Assembly: GCA_041483195.1 (NCBI GenBank)
Contig: JBGPFC010000014.1
Coordinates: forward strand, 29,788-93,787
Source: Candidatus Eiseniibacteriota bacterium
GTDB taxonomy: Bacteria > Eisenbacteria > RBG-16-71-46
Length of the DNA: 64,000 nucleotides
Reading direction: 5' to 3'
The position numbers and the translations under genes are program-made. Shown here one piece after another: positions 39,354 to 49,359 of this stretch. Each line of letters opens with the position of its first letter. The first letter of the stretch is position 1. A model generated the notes under the pieces. That model was given only the letters and a program-made list of their open reading frames with translations, did not search any database and was not told the origin of the DNA.

Positions 39354-39438
39354 GGCGGCTCCTTATCGAGTTCGGGTCGGCGCAGTCTAGGCGGCGGAAC
39401 GCCGGCGGTGCAATCGCTCGCTCGCCGCTTCCCCACGC

Positions 39439-40677
39439 TCACCCGGCGCCGGCCAGCTCCGTCCCGCGCACTTTCCGCGCAAGCACCAGGAACAGCGCGA
39501 GCGCCGCGAGTCCGACCAGCGCCTCGGTGTAGAGCATCGCGTTCGTCTTCCACGCGTCGTGCGCCCAGCCGTCCACGCGCAGCATCCCGAGGCTGAACAG
39601 CGTGTTCAGCGCGAAGAACAGGTTGATCTTGGTCGCGGCCGCGGTGTCGCCGATGATCGAGAGCACCAGCGCGGTCATGGTGGCGGCCGCCATCCCGAGG
39701 GTGAAGGTGTAGAACAGAGTCGAGACCGCGTAACCGGTCGCGTCGCGCGGCGACCACGCGATCGCAATGCACGCCAGCAGCCCGAGCGCGCACGAGAGCG
39801 CGTAGGACGCCGGCTTCTTCATCACGTCGGCGAGCCGCCCGCCGACGAAGCAGCCCGCCACGATCGCGAGCCCGCCGCCCAGCCCGAGCACCGCCGACAC
39901 CGTGTCCGCCGGCGCGCGCCACTCGAGCGCGATCGAGCCGAAGAGTGCCTGCGCCGCGCCGGTGCCGATCGGCAGGATCGCGAGGATCAGCGCGATGCGC
40001 CCCACGCGTGAGCGCACCACGGTGACCAGCTCGCGCCACGCGTCGCCCACGCGCTCGGAGACCGATGCTCCGTGGAGCGCGCGCGGCGGCTCCTCGAGCC
40101 CGCGCAACGCGATCGCGCACGCCCACAGGATGCAGGCCAGCAGCGCGCCCGCCATCCACGGCGATGGCGTGTGCTTCATGAGCCAGAGTCCGATGCCGCC
40201 GCCCGCGGTCTGGCCGAACTGGTTTCCCGACTGGAACCAGCCGCCGGCGCGCCCGCGCGTCCCGGGCGGCGTGTTGTGGGTCATCAGCCCCTCGGTGGCG
40301 AACGCGATGAACGTGCCGGCGACGCTGGTGGTCAGCACCAGCAGCGATACGAGCGGCATCGAGCGCGGCGTGAGCGGCACGATCGTCATGGCGATGAAGC
40401 CCAGCGAGACGAGCGAGATCGCGATCAGGTACCAGCGCTTGCGCGACAGCGTGTAGTCGCCGAGCGGCGCCCACACGAACTTCCATCCGGCGGCGAGATA
40501 CGTCATGCCGATCACGCCCGCGATCGCCGAGACCGAAACGCCCGCGCGGCTCGCGAGGTAACCGAGCGCGATCGATGGGAGTCCGAAGGTGAGCCCGTAG
40601 GGAAAATACAGGACGGACCACACCCAGGGATGGCGTGCGGCGGGCGCGGGCGCTGACGAATGGCCGGTGGCGGACAC
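39439..40677 (-). CDS. MFS transporter (AmpG-like)
   Basis: About 12 TM helices; WKFVWAPLGD, RGRAGGWFQ, GGRLAD. Confidence 0.8.
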   Translation of the reverse strand: MSATGHSSAPAPAARHPWVWSVLYFPYGLTFGLPSIALGYLASRAGVSVSAIAGVIGMTYLAAGWKFVWAPLGDYTLSRKRWYLIAISLVSLGFIAMTIVPLTPRSMPLVSLLVLTTSVAGTFIAFATEGLMTHNTPPGTRGRAGGWFQSGNQFGQTAGGGIGLWLMKHTPSPWMAGALLACILWACAIALRGLEEPPRALHGASVSERVGDAWRELVTVVRSRVGRIALILAILPIGTGAAQALFGSIALEWRAPADTVSAVLGLGGGLAIVAGCFVGGRLADVMKKPASYALSCALGLLACIAIAWSPRDATGYAVSTLFYTFTLGMAAATMTALVLSIIGDTAAATKINLFFALNTLFSLGMLRVDGWAHDAWKTNAMLYTEALVGLAALALFLVLARKVRGTELAGAG

Positions 40678-40681
40678 GGCC

Positions 40682-41356
40682 CTAGGGATCCTCCGTGACC
40701 AGCGCGATCGCGAACCCGTCGTATCCCTTGCTGCCTACGGTCTGGATCGCGGTGGCGCTCACGCGCGGCTCGGCCGCGAGCATGTGGTTGAGCCGGCGCA
40801 CGCCCTGCACGCTGGGATCGGTGCTGGTCGCATCGATCACGGCCCCGTCGCGCACGACGTTGTCCACGATGATCAGGCTGCCGCGGCGCGAATGCTCGAG
40901 CGCCCACGCGAAGTACTCGGGGATGTTCGCCTTGTCGGCGTCGATGAACGTCAGGTCGAATGGGCCGCGCTTTTCCGCGGCGAGCTGCTGCAGGGTGTCG
41001 AGCGCGAGCCCGAGGCGCAGCTCGACGAGCTTCGTCAGCCCCGCTCGCGCGATGTTCGAGCGAGCCACCTTCGCGTGCTTCGGGTCCGACTCGAGCGTGA
41101 CCAGGCGTCCGTCGCGGGGCAGCGCCCTCGCGAGCCAGATGGTGCTGTACCCGCCGAGCGTTCCGATCTCCAGGATGCTGCGGGCCACGATCGCGCGCGC
41201 GAGCAGCGACAGCAGCTTCCCCTGGTTCGGAGTGACGCTGATCGCCGGCAGTCCGGCCGCGGCGCTGGCCTCGAGGGCCTGATCCAGCGCCGGATCCGCC
41301 GGGGCGAAGAGATTGGAGAGGTAGCGGTCGACCGCGGTCCATCGATCCTGTGCCAT
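40682..41356 (-). CDS. O-methyltransferase (caffeoyl-CoA OMT / Methyltransf_3 family)
   Basis: MAQDRWTAVDRYL; ILEIGTLGGYSTIWLA; FIDADKAN; IVDNVVRDG; QTVGSKGYDGF; ATG overlaps the upstream stop. Confidence 0.92.
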   Translation of the reverse strand: MAQDRWTAVDRYLSNLFAPADPALDQALEASAAAGLPAISVTPNQGKLLSLLARAIVARSILEIGTLGGYSTIWLARALPRDGRLVTLESDPKHAKVARSNIARAGLTKLVELRLGLALDTLQQLAAEKRGPFDLTFIDADKANIPEYFAWALEHSRRGSLIIVDNVVRDGAVIDATSTDPSVQGVRRLNHMLAAEPRVSATAIQTVGSKGYDGFAIALVTEDP

Positions 41357-43149
41357 CACGCCTCCGCCGCGACCCGGAACTGCTCTTCGTAGAGCTTCGA
41401 GTAGAGTCCGCCCCGCTCGATCAGCGCGGCATGCGTGCCGCGCTCCACGATCCGGCCGTGGTCGAGCACCAGGATCACGTCCGCCCTCAGAATGGTCGAG
41501 AGCCGGTGCGCGATGACCAGGCTGGTGCGGCCCTGCAGCAGCGGCTCGAGCGCCGCCTGGATGAGCGCCTCGGAGCGCGAGTCCAGCGAGGAGGTGGCCT
41601 CGTCCAGGATCAGCAGCCGCGGGTCCCGCAGCACCACGCGCGCGATGGCCAGACGCTGCTTCTCGCCGCCCGACAGCTTGTAGCCGCGCTCCCCCACCGC
41701 GGTGGCGTACCCATCCGGAAGCGCCGCGATGACGTCGTGAATCTGCGCGAGCCTGCAGGCGCGTTCCAGGTCCTCGCGCGTGGCGTCCGGCCTGGCGTAG
41801 CGGAGGTTTTCTTCCAGCGTCGCGTTGAAGAGCGTGCTCTCCTGCGTGACCTTGGCCATCCAGCGCGAAAGGTCGCTCAGCGAGAGTTCCCGCAGGTCGA
41901 TGCCGTCGAAGGTGACGCGCCCTGAAGTCGGATCGTAGAGCCGCGAGGCCAGGTAGGTGATCGTGGTCTTGCCCGCGCCGCTCGGTCCCACCAGGGCCAC
42001 CATCTGCCCGGGCCGCGCCTCGAACGAGATGTCGGCCAGCGTACTCGCGCCCGGTTCGTATCCCATCGAGACGTTCTCGAAGCGCAGCTCCCCCTTCGGC
42101 CGCTCGATGCGCCTGGGCGAGTCCGGCTCGCCGATCTCGATCGGCAGGTCCAGGTACTCGAAGATGCGGCGGAACAGCGACACCGCGCTCATGATCTCCA
42201 CGTGCACGTTCACCAGCGCGGAGACCGGCATGTAGAGCCGCCCGAGATATGCGACGAACGCCACGATCGTTCCCACGGTGAGCCTGCGGGCGATGACCTC
42301 GTGACCGCCCACCAGGTAGATGAGGGCCGGGCCGACGCTCGCGAACAACATGATCCACATCAGGAACCAGCGTCCGGCCATGCTCTGACGGACCTGAAGA
42401 TCCCGCACCGCCGCTGCCTTCGCGGCGAAGCGCCGCCGCTCGTGCTCCTGCGCCCCGAACAGGCGCACCAGCAGGAACCCGCTCACCGAGAGCGTCTCCT
42501 GCACGTAGGAGGTCAGCTCGGCCAGGCGCTCCTGCGTCTCCTTGGAGAGTCGCTTCCGCACCAGCCCCACGCTGCGCGTGGGCAGGATGAACAGCGGGAG
42601 CACCCCCGCCGCCACCAGCGTGAGGCGCCAGTCCATGCGGAAGATCACCACCAGCGTGCTCGCCACGACGATCGTGTTGGTGGCGAGCGAGACCATCGTG
42701 CCGGTGACCACGCCCTGCACGCCGCCCACGTCGTTCTGGAGGCGCGAGAGGATCTCGCCGGACTTGGTCCCAGTGAAGAAGCGCAGCGACTGCCGGACCA
42801 GCCGGTCGTACATCCCGCAGCGCAGGTCGAACATGACGCCCTGGCCGACGAGCGTCACGAGGTAGTTCTGCCACACCCCGATAAGCCCGGCCAGCAACGG
42901 GGCCGCGATCATTCCCGCCACCAGCCAGTTCAGCTGTATGCCGTTCCGATCGGGTAGCGCACGATCGATCAGATCGCGGATGAGAAGTGGCGGAACCAGT
43001 CCGAGCGCAGCATTCACGGCGATGCAGGCGAGGATCAGCATCGACGGACGCCACGCGGGCAGGAGGTAGCGTCCGATCCGCGCGAAGTCGCCGCGAGTGG
43101 GCTTCAGGCCCTTGGGGGCCGAGTCGTAGTCGAAGTGGAAGAAGCTCAA
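41356..43149 (-). CDS. ABC exporter, fused TMD-NBD
   Basis: Probable TTG start at 43149; ABC membrane domain; GPSGAGKTT, LSGGEKQRLAIAR, LDEATSSLD, IAHRLST. Confidence 0.9.
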   Translation of the reverse strand: MSFFHFDYDSAPKGLKPTRGDFARIGRYLLPAWRPSMLILACIAVNAALGLVPPLLIRDLIDRALPDRNGIQLNWLVAGMIAAPLLAGLIGVWQNYLVTLVGQGVMFDLRCGMYDRLVRQSLRFFTGTKSGEILSRLQNDVGGVQGVVTGTMVSLATNTIVVASTLVVIFRMDWRLTLVAAGVLPLFILPTRSVGLVRKRLSKETQERLAELTSYVQETLSVSGFLLVRLFGAQEHERRRFAAKAAAVRDLQVRQSMAGRWFLMWIMLFASVGPALIYLVGGHEVIARRLTVGTIVAFVAYLGRLYMPVSALVNVHVEIMSAVSLFRRIFEYLDLPIEIGEPDSPRRIERPKGELRFENVSMGYEPGASTLADISFEARPGQMVALVGPSGAGKTTITYLASRLYDPTSGRVTFDGIDLRELSLSDLSRWMAKVTQESTLFNATLEENLRYARPDATREDLERACRLAQIHDVIAALPDGYATAVGERGYKLSGGEKQRLAIARVVLRDPRLLILDEATSSLDSRSEALIQAALEPLLQGRTSLVIAHRLSTILRADVILVLDHGRIVERGTHAALIERGGLYSKLYEEQFRVAAEA

Positions 43150-43228
43150 GGGTGCGAGGGTGGAGTCGCGCCGCGCGCGTTTCAACAGGAATCGCACGGA
43201 CGCGGCCGTGGGGTATGCTGCGCCCGAC

Positions 43229-44113
43229 ATGACCCATCGACTCGGCTCGGCCGCGCTCGCGATCGTGGTGCTCGGCGGCATCGCGCCCCTGTCGGCGCCG
43301 GCGCGCGCCGCGCCCATCGCGCCGCGGGGAACGCGGACGGAGCGGAGGTTCGATCCGCGGCCGGGCATGCGGGCGGGCCGCGTCGAGGAGTTCGGCGTCG
43401 CGAGCAGGATCTACGGGCGCGAGCGCCGCGTCTGGGTGTACACGCCGCCGGGATACCCCGCGAGCGCCGGCACGAGCTACGACTTCATCGTCGCCTTCGA
43501 CGGCGGCACCTACCTGAGCGACCTCCCGCTGCCGATGATCCTCGACAGCCTGCTCGCCGCCGGAAAGTCGCCGCCCTTCGTCGCGGTCCTCATCGACAAC
43601 GCTTCGTCCGCGGCGCGGCTCGAGGACCTCGCCAACCGCGCGCGGTTCGCCACGTTTCTCTGCGATGAACTCGTTCCCTGGATGCGGGAGCGCTGGCAGG
43701 TGACGCGCGATCCGCATCGCACGATCGTGACCGGGTCCAGCGCGGGCGGGCTGGCGGCCGCGTATGTCGCGCTCCAGCGTCCGGACCTGTTCGGCGAGGT
43801 GCTGTCGCAGAGCGGCGCGTTCTGGCGTGGGAACGAAGGCTCGAACCATGCGCCATACGAGTGGCTCACGAGCCGGTACGCAGCTTCGCCGAGGCGCGAC
43901 ATTCGATTCTTCCTCGACGTCGGCGCGCTGGAGACCCGGGGCGCAGTGGGCGGCGCGGCGCCCTCCATTCTCGAAGCGAACCGCCACTTGCGCGACGCAT
44001 TGCGGGCGAAGGGCTACGCGGTGACCTACTCGGAAGTGCCCGGCGGCGTTCACGCGCCATCGTCGTGGCGGGCGCGGCTTCCGATCGGTATCGCGAAGCT
44101 CGCGGCGAACTAA
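43229..44113 (+). CDS. Secreted alpha/beta hydrolase, enterochelin-esterase (Fes)-like
   Basis: Signal peptide; VWVYTPPGY, nucleophile GSSAGG, SQSGAFW, GGVH. Confidence 0.85.
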   Translation: MTHRLGSAALAIVVLGGIAPLSAPARAAPIAPRGTRTERRFDPRPGMRAGRVEEFGVASRIYGRERRVWVYTPPGYPASAGTSYDFIVAFDGGTYLSDLPLPMILDSLLAAGKSPPFVAVLIDNASSAARLEDLANRARFATFLCDELVPWMRERWQVTRDPHRTIVTGSSAGGLAAAYVALQRPDLFGEVLSQSGAFWRGNEGSNHAPYEWLTSRYAASPRRDIRFFLDVGALETRGAVGGAAPSILEANRHLRDALRAKGYAVTYSEVPGGVHAPSSWRARLPIGIAKLAAN

Positions 44114-44808
44114 CGGTACCTCGCCTTCAACGCCCCCCAGCGAATCGGTCGTACCCCGTCTCCCCCCTGCCGCATGGTGTCGTTCGCGGTGAAGACGAAG
44201 TCGCCCGGGCCCGGCTGGTCGTTGCCGTCACCCGCGACGGCCGCGACGAAGAACAGGACGTCGCCCTCCGAGGAATTGGGCGCACGCCATTGGACCGACC
44301 ATTCCACCGGGCCCGCCAGCCCTTCGCGAACGCCGGCGTAGGTCGGCTCGGCGTAGCTGCGCGAATCGAACGGAGGCGATCCCGCCACGACCGAATAGGT
44401 GTCGGGTTCGGCCTGCACCCACTGTCCGGCGCCGGTACCGCTGACGGCGTGCAGCGCGGTGATCTCGAATCCCCAGCGGCGTGCGGCATACACCAGCGTG
44501 GAATCGGTCCACAATCGCACCCGCAGCGGGTAGATCTCGCCGGGCTGCCAGTCGCGCGGAAGATCGAGGATCTCCACTCCGCCGCCCGCGGTGTTGAGAT
44601 TGCACGGGATGGGAGCGCAGGGATTGTTGAAATCCTGGTGGCAGAGCGTGCAGTCGTTCTCGGCCTCCCCTGCCGCCACCCCGGGAGCGCCGGTCATGCT
44701 CGGGAGCGGACCCTCGTCGGAATGGAGGCGGGGGCCGTGGACACCGGCGCCCATCGCTCCGAGTGCGAGCGCGAGCAGTGCGAGAATGCGGGGGACTCGT
44801 CGGAGCAT
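44110..44808 (-). CDS. Choice-of-anchor V / reeler-like secreted protein with CxxCH and C-terminal WGALKARYR tail
   Basis: Signal peptide; TGAPG...ENDCTLCHQ; PGEIYPL, GFEITA, WSVQWRAP, FFVAAVAGDGNDQPGPGD; ends VRPIRWGALKARYR. Confidence 0.75.
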   Translation of the reverse strand: MLRRVPRILALLALALGAMGAGVHGPRLHSDEGPLPSMTGAPGVAAGEAENDCTLCHQDFNNPCAPIPCNLNTAGGGVEILDLPRDWQPGEIYPLRVRLWTDSTLVYAARRWGFEITALHAVSGTGAGQWVQAEPDTYSVVAGSPPFDSRSYAEPTYAGVREGLAGPVEWSVQWRAPNSSEGDVLFFVAAVAGDGNDQPGPGDFVFTANDTMRQGGDGVRPIRWGALKARYR

Positions 44809-44956
44809 GATGGAGACCTCGCGGCCTGAGGGGCGTCACACGGCGCATCGCTCGGACGATGATCGTACCCTCCGCTCGGGGACGGAGAGCATGGATCCTT
44901 GGGAGCAGCGGTGAGTCTGCCGTGGGCCACCCGGCGCTTCGGGGCGAAGCCGCCGC

Positions 44957-45577
44957 CTACGAGTCGCCCGCGGCGGCCGCCGCCGCGCCACGCTCTTCGA
45001 AGCGGAGCAGCGCTCGACGCGCGAGGATCAGGATTGCCAGATCGATGCTCGCGTGCGCGGTCATCGCGGCGGCCAGGCCGAGCCGGGCGAAGATCACGCC
45101 GAGCAGCAGGCTCGTCGAGACGACGAACAGCATGTAGACCGCGCGTGCCCACCCCTTCAGCGGCACCCACGCGTGGACGACCGTGAAGATGGCGGTGGAC
45201 CACCAGAGGCCGATCACGGTTTGAAGAGCGCCGCGGAACAGGAACTCCTCGCCGAGCCCGGCGACTAGCGAGATCAGCGCGAGATCCGAAATACCGAGTG
45301 GCGCGGTCCGGATGGTCTCCGCGATCATCCGCCGCGCGCCATCGAACACGGCGGCTCGCAACAGCAGCTGCGCCGCCGCGCCGCCCACCGCCACGCCGGC
45401 GATCAGGCCCGAGGCAATCTGAACCCAAGGCGACATGCGAGATTCGAACGCCGCGAGTGGGGAGCGATGGCAGGCGAGAAGCACCGCCGCGGCCACGACC
45501 GCGAAGACGACCTCCGACCCGACGCTCCTGCCGAGCAGTTGCGCGCGGGTCGGCGCTTCAGGCTTGGCGTCGGTCAC
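44957..45577 (-). CDS. CPBP (Abi/CAAX type II) intramembrane glutamic endopeptidase
   Basis: GEEFLFRG, FTVVH, AHASID motifs; multiple TM helices. Confidence 0.88.
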   Translation of the reverse strand: MTDAKPEAPTRAQLLGRSVGSEVVFAVVAAAVLLACHRSPLAAFESRMSPWVQIASGLIAGVAVGGAAAQLLLRAAVFDGARRMIAETIRTAPLGISDLALISLVAGLGEEFLFRGALQTVIGLWWSTAIFTVVHAWVPLKGWARAVYMLFVVSTSLLLGVIFARLGLAAAMTAHASIDLAILILARRALLRFEERGAAAAAAGDS

Positions 45578-45622
45578 GTCCCCCCGCCCGACTCCGAGAT
45601 CAAGGCGCTCGCCCAGGACACG

Positions 45623-48600
45623 TCAGTGGATCACGACGAACTTCTCGACGATGGACTTGTCCCGTTGACGCAACCGGAGAAAGAAGATGCCGGGCTCGAA
45701 TGCCTTCGCTCGCGCAAGGGCGAACGCGTGTCGCCCCGGGCCGAGCCCTCCGATCTCCTTCGCGAGCATGGCGCGACCGCTCACATCGAGCACGTCGAGC
45801 GTCGCGGGTCTTTCGTCGGGAAGCGTAACGACCACGTTCAGCTCCCGTTCGACCGGGTTCGGTCGCGGGGCTTCGAGCGCGAGGCGAAAGGCAAGAGGCA
45901 CGTCGATCCATGTCTCTCCCATGAACGCATCCGGTGATTCTCCACGAACGGTGAGGCGGTAGCCGTAGCGTCGTCCCGGTTCTACGGCGCGATCCTCGAA
46001 GATGATTTCGCCGCCCTCGCTCGCCCCGATTGCAGCAAATGCTTCCCACGCAGCTTCGGTCGCGTGACGATAGATCTGGAACTCGCGTGCAGCGCCGTCC
46101 GGCGTGAACCAGGTGAGCCGCACGCGATCGGGCGCGGACTCGGCGCTCACCAGGGATGCGAGAGCGGGCACCGGCAGGTCGCTCACGAGGCGTTGCGCGA
46201 AGATGTCCCGAGTGATATTGCGCGCATCGCTCCAAACCATGATCGCGCCGCCGAAACCATCCGAAAACCCGGTAGCGGGGTCCCGCGCTCCCGAAGACAC
46301 GTAAACCGGACTGCCCCACACGGCCCAGCCGGGAGCAAGAGAACCGGATCCGGTGAGGTGCGTCGCATACAGATCATTGTGCCCCGACCGGAAATCGGTC
46401 CATGCGACAAACGCGCCGCCGCTGGCATCGGAGGCCAGGGCATCGAGCGACCGTGTGTTGGCCCCGAGCGAAACGATGTTTCCGCTCGGGTACCATCCCG
46501 GGGCGATCGCACCGGTGCCGGTGAATCGAAAGGCCACGATGCTCGCGGAGGGCAAGTTGCTGGCGGCGAGCAGCGCGCCTCCGGCGCCATCGGGAACGAC
46601 CTGACAGGCCGCGGCCAAGGGCAGGCCGGCTGACCACAAGATGGTTCCCGCCGGACTAACGCGATACAGAATCCCGTCAGTGGCGGAGGTGGCGAATCCC
46701 GCCAGAACGCCACCTGCGCCGTCGGCGCCACCGATCGGCGGCATCGGGCCCTGCTGGGAGCGCTGCATGAGAAGACTCACAGCGGCGTCGGTGGCATGAA
46801 ACAGGCTGCTGATTTCGGCGGCTGGGTAGAAATCGATCCCAGCAGGGTGGAAATACCGGTCCACGAGATATCCACCTCCGGCGTGGTCTCCAATCGCCAC
46901 CGGACCCGAAGTGACGGTGACCCGCGTGAGGGCAATGTATTTCTGAAACAGTTTACCAGCGGAGGTCCAGCCTGCCGGATAGGTGCCGTCTCCCGCCATC
47001 CGGAACGCGTAACCCGTCAGGTAGCCGGGTCGCCGGTCTTGCGCCGCAATGATGACCCCGCCCACACCATCGGCGTCCATAGAGAGAGTGAGCTGTGGAC
47101 CCTCGGGGCTCAGTCTTCGGCCATCGATGGGCCACCCCGGAGCGAGGCTGCCAGACGCCAGCACTCGTTGAAGATAAATGGCGGAAGTGCCGTCGCGAGT
47201 ATCGAGCCAACCAATGATTGCTCCCCCCGTGCCATCGGAGGCGATCGCCGGCGAGTATCGATCGCCTACGGCGGTGCAGATCGGTGAGCCTCCGGGGGTC
47301 CACCCGGGCGTTGCGTTGCCGCTGCCATTGATGCGGGTCGCGAATATGGCATTCCCGGCGCCCGAACGGCCGTCGCGCCAGGCGATGAAGGCCCCGCCCG
47401 CGCCATCTGCGATCCCCGCCGGCTGGGTCTGATCCCCAGGTGCCACGGAAACGGGTTCGCCCTGCGGCGCCCACTGGCCCACCACGTAGCCCGCGGGGAG
47501 CTGCGCGCATGAATCGACATAGACCGTAATCGTATTGGAGCCGTAGTTGACGGCGGCGAGATCCGAACGACCATCCCCCGTGAAGTCCGCAGCGAGCAGC
47601 GCGAACGGCTGAAGCTGAGCAGCGAGGGGGGACGGCCCGATGAAGCCACCATCTCCCACACCTCCGCTTCCCAGACCCGCGAAGAGTCCGAGCCTTGTGG
47701 CTGGGCTCAACCCGAGGACGAAATCGCGAATGCCATCTCGGGTGAAGTCTCCCGATGCCATTCCCTGGGGAAAGACGCCCGAGGCGTAGTGAACGGGCGG
47801 AAGAAAATTTCCGTTCCCCACTCCGCCTGAGCCGCTTCCGATCAGGATGCCGAGTCCAGATACGTCAGTGACCGCCAAATCCAGGATTCCGTCTCCGTTC
47901 AGATCGTGGGGCTCGACATTCCACGGATCAACGCTGACTGCCACGTAGATCGGCGCCTGGAAGCCGCCGTCGCCAACTCCACCACTGCCGGTACCAAACA
48001 AGATCGCGAGTTGGCTCCGGCCGTAGAGCACGACCACGAGGTCCAGGATGCCGTCACTATTGAAGTCGCCCGCCGCTGCGGTCGCCGGGTACGAAACGGA
48101 ATTTCCGAGGGAATATTGCACCGGGGCGGAAAACACACCCTCGCCCGGTCCAGTCGGAACCTGTCCGATAAGGAGGTTCAGGCTTCCCGAGACGAGATTG
48201 AGGACCACGAGGTCCGGTCTGCCGTCTGCATTGAAGTCCGCCGACAGTGCGTAGCTCGGGTTCAATCCCGCTGGATAGTTGACGGCCGCCGAGAACGTGC
48301 CCGAGCCGACGCCGCCACTACCTTGCCCGCGAAACAACGAGACCAGACTGCTCGAATAGTCCGCCGTGACGAGATCGATGTAGCCATCGAGATCGAAATC
48401 AGCCGCGACGACGTGAAATGGTTGACCCGGGGCCGCATAGTCCACGCCAGCGTTGAAAGATCCCGGGCCGTTGGCGAGATGCACCGTCACGCCGCTGATG
48501 TAGCCGATCTTCGCAGGCGAGTTGCTGCTCGCCACTGCGAGATCGAGCATGCCGTCGCCGTTGAAGTCCGCGCACGCGATCCCGTGGGGCTTGTTGCCAG

Positions 48601-48736
48601 TGTTGATCGCACCGACCAGCACAAGTGCATCGGCAGGAACACACGGCGGATCGGCCGCCACCGATCGGACCGAGAGAATCACGAATGCAAGGGCGGCAAG
48701 CTTGCAGCGGATTCCCGCCGCACGGATACCAAGCAT
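45623..48736 (-). CDS. Surface protein: 7 FG-GAP repeats + about 8 DGxGGA repeats + FN3-like + T9SS-like CTD
   Basis: Seven DFNxDGxxD blades; DGAGGAFIAWRDGR-type repeats; VPALASLVSA...RYGYRL; PRPNP...PGIFFLRL...KFVVIH. Confidence 0.8.
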   Translation of the reverse strand: MLGIRAAGIRCKLAALAFVILSVRSVAADPPCVPADALVLVGAINTGNKPHGIACADFNGDGMLDLAVASSNSPAKIGYISGVTVHLANGPGSFNAGVDYAAPGQPFHVVAADFDLDGYIDLVTADYSSSLVSLFRGQGSGGVGSGTFSAAVNYPAGLNPSYALSADFNADGRPDLVVLNLVSGSLNLLIGQVPTGPGEGVFSAPVQYSLGNSVSYPATAAAGDFNSDGILDLVVVLYGRSQLAILFGTGSGGVGDGGFQAPIYVAVSVDPWNVEPHDLNGDGILDLAVTDVSGLGILIGSGSGGVGNGNFLPPVHYASGVFPQGMASGDFTRDGIRDFVLGLSPATRLGLFAGLGSGGVGDGGFIGPSPLAAQLQPFALLAADFTGDGRSDLAAVNYGSNTITVYVDSCAQLPAGYVVGQWAPQGEPVSVAPGDQTQPAGIADGAGGAFIAWRDGRSGAGNAIFATRINGSGNATPGWTPGGSPICTAVGDRYSPAIASDGTGGAIIGWLDTRDGTSAIYLQRVLASGSLAPGWPIDGRRLSPEGPQLTLSMDADGVGGVIIAAQDRRPGYLTGYAFRMAGDGTYPAGWTSAGKLFQKYIALTRVTVTSGPVAIGDHAGGGYLVDRYFHPAGIDFYPAAEISSLFHATDAAVSLLMQRSQQGPMPPIGGADGAGGVLAGFATSATDGILYRVSPAGTILWSAGLPLAAACQVVPDGAGGALLAASNLPSASIVAFRFTGTGAIAPGWYPSGNIVSLGANTRSLDALASDASGGAFVAWTDFRSGHNDLYATHLTGSGSLAPGWAVWGSPVYVSSGARDPATGFSDGFGGAIMVWSDARNITRDIFAQRLVSDLPVPALASLVSAESAPDRVRLTWFTPDGAAREFQIYRHATEAAWEAFAAIGASEGGEIIFEDRAVEPGRRYGYRLTVRGESPDAFMGETWIDVPLAFRLALEAPRPNPVERELNVVVTLPDERPATLDVLDVSGRAMLAKEIGGLGPGRHAFALARAKAFEPGIFFLRLRQRDKSIVEKFVVIH

Positions 48737-48972
48737 GACGTGCTGCCCCCGGGGCCGGCATCCGACCGGATACCGACGGCGATCCATGAATGACCAGAAG
48801 CATCCCAAGCGAGAGCCGAGTGTAGGGCCATTGGGTATGGCCGCCTAGCAGTCTCTTCTCCTCGGGTCTCGGATTGCCGGGCTGTCCGGCGGTGCGATCC
48901 CCTTCGGCTCACGGCAGCTTCACGTGCTTGGTCTGGAGCGCAGCCACTCGGCGTGCGGACGGACGAATCGGA

Positions 48973-49311
48973 TCAAGCCCGCTCCCGCACCCGCACCGCC
49001 TGTTCCGCCCAGCGGGTGATCTCGATCGGATCCTCGAGCACGTCGCCCGGAACCTCGTAGTAGCGCCCGATGGTCTGCTTGCCTCTGGGCCGGAAGGGCT
49101 TCATGTCGCGGTCCAGGTAGGCGGGCCGCGTCGTGTCGTCGGTCAGGAAGTAGAGCCGACCGCGCCAGAGAAGCGCGAAGAATGCTTCGCCGCGATAGAG
49201 CCCATGCCCGCCGAACATGGCGCGGGCCTCGATCCGGCCGAGGCCCGCGAGCTGATCGAGCACGAAGTCGAGGAACGACTCCTTGCTCGGGCGCGAGCCG
49301 TCAGATCGCAC
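48973..49311 (-). CDS. TfoX/Sxy N-terminal domain protein
   Basis: FLDFVLDQL...ARAMFGGHGLY...FFAL...LYF...YYEVPGDVLED...WAEQA. Confidence 0.85.
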   Translation of the reverse strand: MRSDGSRPSKESFLDFVLDQLAGLGRIEARAMFGGHGLYRGEAFFALLWRGRLYFLTDDTTRPAYLDRDMKPFRPRGKQTIGRYYEVPGDVLEDPIEITRWAEQAVRVRERA

Positions 49312-49359
49312 GGCCGGGCACGCAGCGCGATGCGATCGGCTCGGCGGCTCGCATCACGT

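Noticed and set aside
44110..44113. 4 nt overlap of convergent stop codons
   Set aside because: Common compact arrangement with no evidence of function
48737..48972. Possible transposase remnant upstream of the atypical FG-GAP gene
   Set aside because: No recognisable transposase motif or inverted repeats
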